Source: a virus
DNA length: 64,000 nt
IMG/VR virus record: IMGVR_UViG_3300028772_000011
Coordinates: 1-64,000 of that record
Strand: one strand, 5' to 3'
The translations under genes were made by a program, and so were the position numbers. The notes below the pieces were generated by a model, which had not been told where the DNA came from, made no database searches, and saw only the letters and a list, made by a program, of their open reading frames with translations. How positions within the stretch are numbered: position 1 is the stretch's first letter; each line of letters opens with the position of its first letter. Shown in pieces: positions 10,401-19,273 of the stretch.

Positions 10401-10753
10401 ATTGGATTTCTGTAAATGAAATTCCACCATTTGTTAATGAAATTAATATGGATTGGGATTTAGTAGTTAAAGAATATACCGATAGGCAAGAATTATTAAA
10501 AACAGGATATTTAAAAATCGAATTTGAAACATATGTAAAAATAATTGATTCTTTAGATGAAGATGATATTAATAAGTTTATTGATGATGGTCAATTCCCA
10601 AAAGAACTATTAGAGTTTTTACTTTTTGATGGATCAACAATGGAATTTAAATCAAAAGAATATGGTGTTGTTATTGGTACTATATATGATATTATAGATA
10701 AAGACCTTTCAAAACAGGATATAGAAGATGATTTAAATTTAGTCGAATATTAA
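7478..10753 (+). CDS. polB: Family B DNA polymerase with 3'-5' exonuclease
   Basis: ExoI FDLETTG, ExoII HNSENFDW, motif A DENSLYP, motif B KVFCNSFFG, motif C DTDG, and RKNYA. Confidence 0.93.
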   Translation: MQEISEERINQFLSGRDQMMGIIAMECGYQDEQVSIIYRHPTAGKKLKKVDFEPFVWAKMEGARKLYIDPKTGKQDKILLQKKLTQFGITVKGLNIHSDDGNTTERLENGYRILFEAKNKMSFNKFLQFFKYGGCDVYGQDKLFLAVLPVEQYMMKSGKRMFKGFEDYDQLLRLEFDLETTGLDPTTDSIEQIGLRSNHGFEQIISITGYTEEEKRDTELRALDQFFQIVHKLKPDVITGHNSENFDWNFIIVRCQMLGTDIAEMSDKYFEIPIYKKKRKTALKLGGEVEYFNQTMIWGHNTTDSIHAVRRAQAIDSNMKKASLKYVSEYSKLKKPNRVYVPGDKISTIWNDTDNDYAFNDSNGDWYLVDDLNALKDGYVIVDGRYIVERYLLDDLYETDKVELRYNQANFLLCKNLPTTFTKVCTMGTAGTWKLVMMAWSYENNLAIPDFAPAGKFTGGLSRLFKVGFVESVAKLDENSLYPAITLTWDIKPSLDITNVMMSFLGYFLDKREISKGLKNEASNKIDELKEKIESIQPESDEYSEIKKEIYQWESVYNLNDKKQIVQKVFCNSFFGSFGAPNLFPWGDLLCAEKITCIGRQSLRLMTKWFGDRGYEAIVMDTDGINFSLPKHYDFSTKGKNQRTYIGKGLNRNTVEGEVYYGVDADVAEFADLFLRGKMGLESEDFCISTLNFSRKNYADQFSNGKIKLVGNSIKSKRMPLYIEKFLDIGIKQLLNNNGKEFLTGYYDYIDRIYNYNIPLIEIASKGRIKKSIKDYIINCKGVNKKGTPNSRQAWYELCIKHDITPEMGEIIYYINIGTKKNDGDVKREKIYKIGDDGKFEMQDSKDKNGELLLTPKGKQKREKIVIGEEIKLNCIMIPSSLIESGASFTDLIGTEFEGVDYNVVKYLDQFNNRINPLLVCFHPDIRNNILSVNPKTRQYFTEKESKLTSGMPNKPEDQDTYEQLMKMEDKEIKYWISVNEIPPFVNEINMDWDLVVKEYTDRQELLKTGYLKIEFETYVKIIDSLDEDDINKFIDDGQFPKELLEFLLFDGSTMEFKSKEYGVVIGTIYDIIDKDLSKQDIEDDLNLVEY

Positions 10754-10759
10754 TAATAT

Positions 10760-10786
10760 GGTTGTAACTTGATTTAAGTTACAACC
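10760..10786. terminator. Hairpin terminator between convergent genes
   Basis: GGTTGTAACTT-GATTT-AAGTTACAACC perfect inverted repeat. Confidence 0.7.
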
Positions 10787-10802
10787 TATGTTATTAATTT
10801 AT

Positions 10803-10892
10803 TTACACTCTTATCAAACGAAGAGGACAACCAAAAGTTTTTAATACTGCAATAGTAGCATTAGTATTAGAATTATAATTTAAATCCATAGC
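10803..10892 (-). pseudogene. Orphan alternative C-terminal tip of a Fib_succ_major domain (AMDLNYNSNTNATIAVLKTFGCPLRLIRV*)
   Basis: In frame with 10896..13559 after its TAA TAA stops. Ends GCPLRLIRV* versus the gene's own CRSLRLIKV*. Confidence 0.7.
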
Positions 10893-10895
10893 TTA

Positions 10896-13559
10896 TTATA
10901 CTTTTATGAGACGTAATGATCTACAAGCATTAACATATAGAGCCGCATTAACTGAACTTAAATTACCATTAGCATAATTACATTTAAATACATACTTATC
11001 TACAGTGTAGAAACCACAATCACCAGTTAATCCAGAAAAAGTTCCTACAACAGCATCCGTACCTCCACTACCCAATGCACTAAATCCACTACTATTATCA
11101 GCCCCTATATTAGGTGTATTCCAATAGCTTAACCCTTCTTTTTTTAATTTTCCACCACTGATATCATCTCCTCCTAGAGTTGTACTTAATGCAGTAAAAT
11201 CAGTTTGTGTGGGTACTTTCCAACCCCAAGGAGTTGTTGGGTTAGTATCATTATAATAGTCTATGTCCATTTGTAATAATTTAACAGCAAACCAATTGTA
11301 TAATTTACCATATACAGCTCCAATGGAAGCATCATTATTATAATAACACCACATAGCTGCTGCTTTTACTGCTTCGTAAGTTTTTTGTGTTATTGTTCCA
11401 GTTGTCTGGCCATAAATAGCATCATAAAGTTCTTTAGCCCCTGACCTCCCAATTTGCTGTACGGAAACTGAATCAAAAGAAATACCATGTCTGTCAGTAA
11501 TAGTATCTCGATTAGCATAAAAACTCAAGCCTAAATTAGCTGTAGGGGCTTTATACATCATAGTATATAATGTCCAATCTGTAGAAGATATAGTAAATAA
11601 TGTCAAACTTATACTGGAATCAGTTACAGCACCTCCAGTCCCTTTCGTGTTCTTAGCATAAAAAGATATTTTATACCATAATCCTATTGATGTAGCTGGA
11701 TATTGATAGATTACCCCAGTATTACCTGCTATGTTTGTTATAGTTTGTGACGAAGTACCTTCATATGGATCTATTATATTTGAACTTGTATTCCCTCTCG
11801 TAGAAAACCATCCAGGAGCTACACCATTTACATAAGCCCCTTCCATAGTTCCATTAACAATTTTCTCTGTATTACTATTAATAGTTACATTATTAATCAA
11901 ATTACCTTGTGGTGTACATGTCATCTCACAATTAGAAGATTGCCATTGTTGAGTACCTATTGTAACATTTGGTATATCAGGGTATAGATTCTTAATAAAA
12001 TTTGACTCTGTTAAAACTTGTACTGGTGTTAATGCTTGTGAACGTATAATATGAGCTGCTATAGAACCTTTAAATGGAGTTTGATTAGTAACAGCGGTCA
12101 TTAAACAACTTAAATTAATAGAAGTTATAATACTAATGGTTTCAAATAACACTCCATTTATAAAAATATCTAATGTATTATCTCCCTTAGCAATTATAGT
12201 AATTATTGCATTTTTACCTATTAAAAAGTCTACCTTTTTTGTTGTTGCTTTTACTGTAAATAGTGAATTTCTTATTTTTAAACTTGATGCATTATCAATT
12301 CCAAACAAACTTCCACCACTACTATTGTCACTAACATAAAAATTGGAAGTAACTCCTCTAAATGTCATAGCATTAACCAAGGTAGTTATACTCCAAGCAT
12401 CTGTATCAGTAAAATTAATAGTTGGATGTAACAGATAATTTAATCCTTCATTAGTATTCTTAATATAAGGATTTTCATTTGGAGCAATAGTTCCAAGATA
12501 ATAAGGATATGAAGAATTCCCAACACTCGACAAATCTAAAGGATCACCTGATAATACTTCTTTAATTGATACATTATCAAGACTTAACGAAGCAGCACCA
12601 GCAGTCATTATCCATAATGTTGTAGATGTAGCAACAAAAGTTTCTGAAAACATACCATTATTTTTCCTCGGTGTTGATACTCCAGTAGTTGGATTTAATA
12701 GAATGACCCCTGATGCATAATTAGAAATTTCAAACACTATCTTATATTGTTTTCCAACAGTTAATACATTAGGTTGATTTAAGTTTACTGCTGAGGATAC
12801 TAAATAATTTGCAGTTCCTCCACTAATAGTAATCCCAATTCCTTTAGACCAAATGGTATCAGTGTCAAATCCACCGTTAGCAACTTTTTCAATAGTATCT
12901 AAAACCTCTGTTCCTTGTGGAGTAATAGAGTAAAGTTTTTTGACATTATTAGTTCCAATTGCAAGATTACCCCCAACACCAAGCCAACCTAATTTAATAG
13001 AATTATACATGTTATTAAGTTTGCACAATTTAATGTAAGCAGTTATACTATTACCAAGAACTTCTACTACAGAACAATTATCTATTGATCCTATAAAAGT
13101 ACCACTATTACAAGATATAAAAACATGACCTACAGTAGTAGAGGTTAAAAAACATGTAAATGTGCCATCAGAAGAATAAGAATCTGAACGTACAGTTCCA
13201 CCTTCTAATAATACAGAACAAGTTCCACTAGTATAATTCGATATTGTTAATGTAACTTTATATTTTTTACCTACTCGAATAATTACCGAAGTTGGGTAAA
13301 TATATGTAATAGCTGTTAAACCTCCATTACAGTTTGCAGTTCCTCCTGATATATTCCAATTACTACCTTTTGTCCAGCCAGTATCAGTATCAAATCCACC
13401 ATTGGTTACTAACTCAGGTCCGAAATTAGTGTTATCCCCTAACACTCCACCATCCGCTACAACCCTATCTTTATAGGCATTAAATAGAGATAATGCAGAA
13501 TTATAAAAATTCAACATTACTTTACCTGCCATTGCTATTTGTTCTCTAAATAAACTCAT
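10896..13559 (-). CDS. Receptor-binding/adhesin-like virion protein: CBM-like repeats, LamG-like domain, C-terminal Fib_succ_major domain
   Basis: Two NGGFDTDTxWxKG..ISGGTAN repeats; IFINGV...FKGSI LamG-like region; IGTQQW, CYYNND, YGKLYNW, GWKVPT, GGKLK, SGFSAL, SLRLIK motifs. Confidence 0.75.
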   Translation of the reverse strand: MSLFREQIAMAGKVMLNFYNSALSLFNAYKDRVVADGGVLGDNTNFGPELVTNGGFDTDTGWTKGSNWNISGGTANCNGGLTAITYIYPTSVIIRVGKKYKVTLTISNYTSGTCSVLLEGGTVRSDSYSSDGTFTCFLTSTTVGHVFISCNSGTFIGSIDNCSVVEVLGNSITAYIKLCKLNNMYNSIKLGWLGVGGNLAIGTNNVKKLYSITPQGTEVLDTIEKVANGGFDTDTIWSKGIGITISGGTANYLVSSAVNLNQPNVLTVGKQYKIVFEISNYASGVILLNPTTGVSTPRKNNGMFSETFVATSTTLWIMTAGAASLSLDNVSIKEVLSGDPLDLSSVGNSSYPYYLGTIAPNENPYIKNTNEGLNYLLHPTINFTDTDAWSITTLVNAMTFRGVTSNFYVSDNSSGGSLFGIDNASSLKIRNSLFTVKATTKKVDFLIGKNAIITIIAKGDNTLDIFINGVLFETISIITSINLSCLMTAVTNQTPFKGSIAAHIIRSQALTPVQVLTESNFIKNLYPDIPNVTIGTQQWQSSNCEMTCTPQGNLINNVTINSNTEKIVNGTMEGAYVNGVAPGWFSTRGNTSSNIIDPYEGTSSQTITNIAGNTGVIYQYPATSIGLWYKISFYAKNTKGTGGAVTDSSISLTLFTISSTDWTLYTMMYKAPTANLGLSFYANRDTITDRHGISFDSVSVQQIGRSGAKELYDAIYGQTTGTITQKTYEAVKAAAMWCYYNNDASIGAVYGKLYNWFAVKLLQMDIDYYNDTNPTTPWGWKVPTQTDFTALSTTLGGDDISGGKLKKEGLSYWNTPNIGADNSSGFSALGSGGTDAVVGTFSGLTGDCGFYTVDKYVFKCNYANGNLSSVNAALYVNACRSLRLIKV

Positions 13560-13562
13560 AAA

Positions 13563-16040
13563 TTACATCCCCCACCATAAATAAATTTGTCCTGCACTAC
13601 GTATCTCACATTGTAAATAATTCGTACTTAATGGTATGTAGTCACTTTGCAATGCTCCATAAATCCAATTGCTAGTGTACCCACTAAATATAGAAGTTGC
13701 TAACGTTCCTCCTGTCATAATAACCTTAAAAGGTTTTTTGATAATTGGATTCATTATAGTAAGAGCTTGATTAGTTCCCATAGTAACAGAGAACTCCTCT
13801 CCTGTAGTCATATCTATATTGAAGCCTGGTAGAGCTACTGTTGTTATAGGTTGATTATATAATCCAACTATATTTCCATTGGCATCTACTTTAAACAAAG
13901 TTACCCATGTACCACTTCCTTTGGTGGCATTAGCTACAGTACACTTTTCAAACAATACAGTACTCATTTGATTAGAGTGTCGTATGTCTCCTACTGCATC
14001 ACCTACAGCTGTAGTTATTGATTGATATACATAACGGAGAGCTAAGTCGCGATAATTTCCTAATGTATTATTATTTATCTCTATAATTCCAGTTGTATTT
14101 TTTTGGAATGACTGAGTAGAATCGGTCATAGACAACTTCGAATATATCATAACATTATTAGAAGTATTTACATAAAAGGAGTTAATACCTGATGTAGGAG
14201 AAAAAAACATAGCGTTACCAGAACCATCAAATGAAAACCACTTGTTATATATCCCGAACCCAAATCCATTATAATTAATACTAAAAGGACTACCAACAGT
14301 GATTGAAGTTGCACTAATATAAGTAGCAATAATACGTTCCTCTGAATTGATTATAATTTTTGCTCCTATCATTGCAGCACTGAATGCCGTACCAATGCCA
14401 GTTATAGTAGTACCATTTGTTGAAATAGTTCCAGAAATAGTCCAAGGAGTAGTATGATAGATTATACCACCATTTTGAGAAACAAACTTAGTTATTTGAT
14501 CATTTGATACAGGTAATGTATTTGGATAAATTGTTTTGAATTTTAAACTAGCAGCATCCCAAACAGATACTCCTTTGTCGATAGGAACCTCTTCACGAGT
14601 AGCTAAAGGTTGAGTACTTCCAACGTCTCCAACTCTTGCTATACCATTATTATCAAATACTAATAATCCATCATTAACTCCATCATATAACTTAGCCCTT
14701 ATACCAACTAACTGTCCTGGAGAAAGTCCTGCAACTGCTAAATCACGAAGTATTATCTCATTTTTAGTTGTTAATACTTGTTCTGCATGAGTTTCGTAAG
14801 AAGCACCTAATTGAGATATGTTCTCTACATGTAAGGTTCCAGCAGCATCCAATAAAACAGAGTGAGTACCATTAACAAGACTTGTTGGGTCTATTGAAAT
14901 TAAGGTTGAATCTATTACTTTATTATCTCCATCAATACATAGATAGTGGTTTGTAAGGTCATCTGTTTGGAATACTCCGTCAGTCAGTCTACAATAATAA
15001 TAAGTGCTACCAAAATAAGCTAAAGCCCCAAAATCACCCACACAATAAGAATACTTACTATTAACTCCATTACAAGAATCTACTCCACCAATACAATTAA
15101 TATAAATACTATCAGGACCGTTAAAAACTTGACCAATACCTCTACAATTTATATGTATGTTATTTACCCCATTAAAGGCATTCTCAAGAGCTTCACAATT
15201 TATATAAGTACAATTACTACCCCTAAAACCAGATTGTCCTGCCTTACAATTAATAAATTTAGCACCTAAAGGAGAGATGGTAGTGAAAGTATTATTTAGT
15301 TTATTTCCACAATTTTCGAATGAACCAGTTAATGACCCACCGCCAGCAAACATCTCTCTGTCTAAACTATTTATATTCTTAAAAGTACCTGAATAAATTG
15401 AACTAGAATTAAATAGAGTACCGCCTATACTATTTATATTTTCAAAGATTCCAGAGAACTCCAAAGCACTATGAAAACTTTCAACACTAGTAACTTCAAT
15501 ATTTCTAAATACTCCAGACAATATAGCATCACTAGTGCCATATATTCTACCTTTACAATTCTCAACCAACAAGCCTGGATAATTACCAGATACAAGTAAT
15601 CCGTTGTGAACGAAATCAAGACCCCTTAATTTTATATTATCTGCCATTACTATACACCCACTGTGACCTATTTTAACATCAGCTTGTCCAGTATCTGATA
15701 CTAAATATATATAAGAAGTATCTAAAACTAATTGTGTGTCCATACCACAGAATCTAGCTTTTATTAAAATATAAATAGGACTATCAGAAGTAGGAGACAT
15801 GGTTTTTGCTATATTATATACTGATTCTAATTCCAGACCATTATCAGAATTACTTTGTCCTCCAAATACTGTTAGATATCTATCCTGATTAAATAAAGCT
15901 GCTGCAACTCCTACATTTTCCTTACCACTTAAATCTACAGCAGGAATAGCTGCTATTAACTGAGCAGCAACTCCTACATCTTCTTTTGAAGTATCATGAA
16001 CCTCAGTCCAAATTCCATTTATTTTTATTTTGTGTTTCAT
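13563..16040 (-). CDS. Tail fibre/spike-like protein with beta-helix repeats
   Basis: Repeating SGxFxNI and YINCxG units suggest a parallel beta-helix; shares KEDVGVAA linkers with the upstream fibre gene. Confidence 0.6.
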   Translation of the reverse strand: MKHKIKINGIWTEVHDTSKEDVGVAAQLIAAIPAVDLSGKENVGVAAALFNQDRYLTVFGGQSNSDNGLELESVYNIAKTMSPTSDSPIYILIKARFCGMDTQLVLDTSYIYLVSDTGQADVKIGHSGCIVMADNIKLRGLDFVHNGLLVSGNYPGLLVENCKGRIYGTSDAILSGVFRNIEVTSVESFHSALEFSGIFENINSIGGTLFNSSSIYSGTFKNINSLDREMFAGGGSLTGSFENCGNKLNNTFTTISPLGAKFINCKAGQSGFRGSNCTYINCEALENAFNGVNNIHINCRGIGQVFNGPDSIYINCIGGVDSCNGVNSKYSYCVGDFGALAYFGSTYYYCRLTDGVFQTDDLTNHYLCIDGDNKVIDSTLISIDPTSLVNGTHSVLLDAAGTLHVENISQLGASYETHAEQVLTTKNEIILRDLAVAGLSPGQLVGIRAKLYDGVNDGLLVFDNNGIARVGDVGSTQPLATREEVPIDKGVSVWDAASLKFKTIYPNTLPVSNDQITKFVSQNGGIIYHTTPWTISGTISTNGTTITGIGTAFSAAMIGAKIIINSEERIIATYISATSITVGSPFSINYNGFGFGIYNKWFSFDGSGNAMFFSPTSGINSFYVNTSNNVMIYSKLSMTDSTQSFQKNTTGIIEINNNTLGNYRDLALRYVYQSITTAVGDAVGDIRHSNQMSTVLFEKCTVANATKGSGTWVTLFKVDANGNIVGLYNQPITTVALPGFNIDMTTGEEFSVTMGTNQALTIMNPIIKKPFKVIMTGGTLATSIFSGYTSNWIYGALQSDYIPLSTNYLQCEIRSAGQIYLWWGM

Positions 16041-19000
16041 TATTCTGGTAGATTTTGTGGTAAAATGTTGTTGATATCAAATCCTAAAGCAACTAAACGG
16101 TCAATTTCAGGTTGAGGTAGATTATTGTATTGGAAACTAAATCCAGTATTATATATATTTTTTATTGAACTGATATTTATAGATTCAAGATTATTATTCT
16201 GTAAATAAATATAATTCAAATTATTCAGTGAATCTAAACCTATTATATCAATAGGATATACTGATTGATTAATGCTTAATGTTCTTAAATTTGGAGTTGA
16301 AGCCATGTTTATAGATTGTAATTCAGTATTTCCTATTTCCAAATAAAATAAATTATTCAATCCTAATAAATTTATTTCAGTTAATTTATTTCCTCCACAT
16401 GAAACATATTGTAATTCTTGTGATGAACTTAAATCTAAATATTCCAGTTTATTAAAACCACATAATAAGGCTTGTAAATTATTTAATCCTGTTAAATTTA
16501 AAACAGATACTAATAATCCATATTCCTGAGATACATTTAAAATATACACTTTATTTGAGTCTAAAACAGAAGGTAGAATAACCCCATACCCATTCGCCAT
16601 GTCTTGTAGACTAGGATTATCTCCAAATAAAGCACCTAATTGAATATCATTATCCCACCATTCAGTGTGAGGGTTTTTAGAATCATCAAATAACACTGCT
16701 AACTGTTCACTTTGTGGATTGGCATCACGAATAGCCCTTAATATGTCAACATCAGATAGCACAACTACAGGTTCACTAGTATCATACCACACTTTTATAT
16801 TTGGATTAACAGGTTCTTCCGTTCCTATATAAACTTCTTCAAATATTCCACTTGTGTATAATTCATCAATTTCCTGTTGAAGTGTATTAGTCTTATTATC
16901 ATACTCAGTATGTACCCCTTCCACAACAGCTGTAAACTCCTCTCTTGTTGTATACCCGCTTAAATCTACTATCGGTAAATCATCAATTATACTAGCCTGT
17001 ATTCTCTTATTTTCCTTTGGTTGAACATGTATATAATACGGTGTATTTATTTGTCTAGTTGATTTTAATAAATCCCCATTAAGAGCTACATAAGTTTGTA
17101 AAGTTAGAGCATCATCTTTAGATGGAATCTTCCAACCATTGGTTGTATCAACGATACCTTTTCCATTGGAAATAGTATATGCGTTATATAATCTGCCATA
17201 TGTTGATACAATTAATTCATCGGTTGTTAACTCATCGATATATGGTATTATAGAAGTACTCCCAGTATTATCTAATACCCATTGTTCATTGGTTAAATTA
17301 TTATTTATAAGAGACCCATCTTGATAATGAGTTACTTTTAAATTTGAAGTGATCCAAATTTGAGTTCCTATTTTACAAGTATCATATATATTATTATCAT
17401 AATCTTTATAAATTGCTGTAGTCTTACCATCAGGTAATGATAATTCTAAAGTAGTACAATCCCTAACAACTCTTAATGATTGTCCATTATTAGGATGTTT
17501 ATTATCAGTTACATATAAAGATGAATATCCAGCATACAAATTTATAGCTGTATATCCAATAAAACCAGGTGTTTGGGTTGAAGTCCAAATAGAACTAATT
17601 CCACCAACACCAGCGTTTAATGCGGTACCTGTAAATATGCCAGTAATTCCATTTCTAGTACCTCCTGGAATTAAATTAAATCCATATTTATCAATTCCAT
17701 ATATATCTATATTTTGAGAATCAATCCATCTTGGGTGTAATATAGTTGATAAAGGTAATTTTTCCCATTTACTTTGGTCAACTTCAGAAAATAAAGCTGC
17801 TGCCACTCCTACATCCTCCTTACTATCGTGAGCATGAGAAGTTATATTTCCAGTAAGTAAGTTTTCAATTTGTTGTTTGGTAAGAATGTAGTTAGAAAGT
17901 CCGTTTAATTTATTAAGTAAGTTATTAGTTAATACATTCGTGTCGGAATTACTCTCATAACTAAGTTTTATTTGGGCAGAACTCATTACTGCGTTTAACA
18001 TATCTGGGTCAGATGTTTTTACAAAAGAGGCATTAATCCCAACAGAAGTAGCTTGATATACTGCCCACTTTCCATCTCCATCATCTAATATGAAGACAGA
18101 AAATGGTAGTTTTGGTATGTTGTATTCGTTTCTCTCTGGAATCCCAGCTAATACAACTTGCTCTACAGCACCCTGTACTAAATTATATAATTTTTGTAGT
18201 GTATCTCCTGCTGAGGTTACTCCATCTCTAAGGTTTGAAATTAAAATAGCTGCTACACCTGCATCCTCTTTACCACTTAAATCAACTACTGGCAGCCCAT
18301 CGATTATACTAGCATGAATCTTAACTGGAAGTCCATTCCTCTGTTTTGGTTGAATATAATTGTGATCTTCAATTTGTATGATATTATAAACATTCAATTC
18401 ATCATTATTATAAGCACAAACTGCTCCATCAGTACCACTGAAATCTGAACCGATTAATGAGCCATCACGATATTTAGTTTCACATAAGTTTTCAGCTAAC
18501 CACCATTGAGTTCCTATTTTTACGCATTTATATATTTGACCATCATTACCAATATATTCAGCCGTATGTCCTGTAATATTTATTGGATTATCAATTATTG
18601 CTCTAATTGAACACCCTGCTTTTTTATTATCACTCGATGCTCCATTTGATAATGAATTTGTTTGAAAATAATAATCATAAACTCTCAGTGCATTGTTATC
18701 ATTAAAACTATCAGCCAACCACATATAAAAAGTAGAATAATCCCCTAATATAAAGTGAAATGTACCATCAGTCTCTCTATATCCACTAGCTCTTTCATTG
18801 AAACCATATTCATTAGTTGCTGTTGCATTTGGTGCATCCCAATACAAAGTACCTGTTTCTTTTAATTTTTGCCCACCATTACCATTTCCACCTAAAAATG
18901 CATATAAAATATTAAATTCATTTTTAGTTGAAATATGTGCACTAGATGTTGTAATACCTCTTGGATCTGTTGTAGCATACCAATTATAAAGCCTACCATA

Positions 19001-19273
19001 TTTGATAGATTGTACATCGGTAGTTGCATTTTCCCATTTACTCTGTTCAAAATTAACAAGGTCAGAATCATCCACACCATCTTTAAACCAATATTTAGTA
19101 TTTCCATTTATTTCATCCAATATTCGTACTTCCATTGTTGGAAACCTGACAGCTATAGGTATAGTATTTATTGCTTCAGCAATAGATGAATAAGGTCCTT
19201 CCCAAGTATTTACTGGGACAGGATTAACTGGTTGTATACCAAACGGTAATTGTAATCCTTCAGTTATCCCCAT
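16040..19273 (-). CDS. Multi-domain fibre/adhesin with two circularly permuted Fib_succ_major domains and C-terminal leucine-rich repeats
   Basis: YGRLYNWY/KIGTQWWLAENL and YGFNLIPGG/KIGTQIW/YGRLYN motif sets; LxxLxCxxNxLxxLDL repeats near the C-terminus. Confidence 0.75.
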   Translation of the reverse strand: MGITEGLQLPFGIQPVNPVPVNTWEGPYSSIAEAINTIPIAVRFPTMEVRILDEINGNTKYWFKDGVDDSDLVNFEQSKWENATTDVQSIKYGRLYNWYATTDPRGITTSSAHISTKNEFNILYAFLGGNGNGGQKLKETGTLYWDAPNATATNEYGFNERASGYRETDGTFHFILGDYSTFYMWLADSFNDNNALRVYDYYFQTNSLSNGASSDNKKAGCSIRAIIDNPINITGHTAEYIGNDGQIYKCVKIGTQWWLAENLCETKYRDGSLIGSDFSGTDGAVCAYNNDELNVYNIIQIEDHNYIQPKQRNGLPVKIHASIIDGLPVVDLSGKEDAGVAAILISNLRDGVTSAGDTLQKLYNLVQGAVEQVVLAGIPERNEYNIPKLPFSVFILDDGDGKWAVYQATSVGINASFVKTSDPDMLNAVMSSAQIKLSYESNSDTNVLTNNLLNKLNGLSNYILTKQQIENLLTGNITSHAHDSKEDVGVAAALFSEVDQSKWEKLPLSTILHPRWIDSQNIDIYGIDKYGFNLIPGGTRNGITGIFTGTALNAGVGGISSIWTSTQTPGFIGYTAINLYAGYSSLYVTDNKHPNNGQSLRVVRDCTTLELSLPDGKTTAIYKDYDNNIYDTCKIGTQIWITSNLKVTHYQDGSLINNNLTNEQWVLDNTGSTSIIPYIDELTTDELIVSTYGRLYNAYTISNGKGIVDTTNGWKIPSKDDALTLQTYVALNGDLLKSTRQINTPYYIHVQPKENKRIQASIIDDLPIVDLSGYTTREEFTAVVEGVHTEYDNKTNTLQQEIDELYTSGIFEEVYIGTEEPVNPNIKVWYDTSEPVVVLSDVDILRAIRDANPQSEQLAVLFDDSKNPHTEWWDNDIQLGALFGDNPSLQDMANGYGVILPSVLDSNKVYILNVSQEYGLLVSVLNLTGLNNLQALLCGFNKLEYLDLSSSQELQYVSCGGNKLTEINLLGLNNLFYLEIGNTELQSINMASTPNLRTLSINQSVYPIDIIGLDSLNNLNYIYLQNNNLESINISSIKNIYNTGFSFQYNNLPQPEIDRLVALGFDINNILPQNLPE

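Noticed and set aside
484-10753. Inteins or introns in terminase, portal or polymerase
   Set aside because: Motifs are contiguous in single ORFs; no intein terminal motifs or LAGLIDADG blocks seen.
10803-11000. DGR template/variable repeat pair at the Fib_succ_major C-terminus
   Set aside because: Differences between orphan and attached tips are not confined to adenines (e.g. CCT/TCA, TTG/CTC), identity is low, and no reverse transcriptase is in the window. A remote DGR cannot be excluded.
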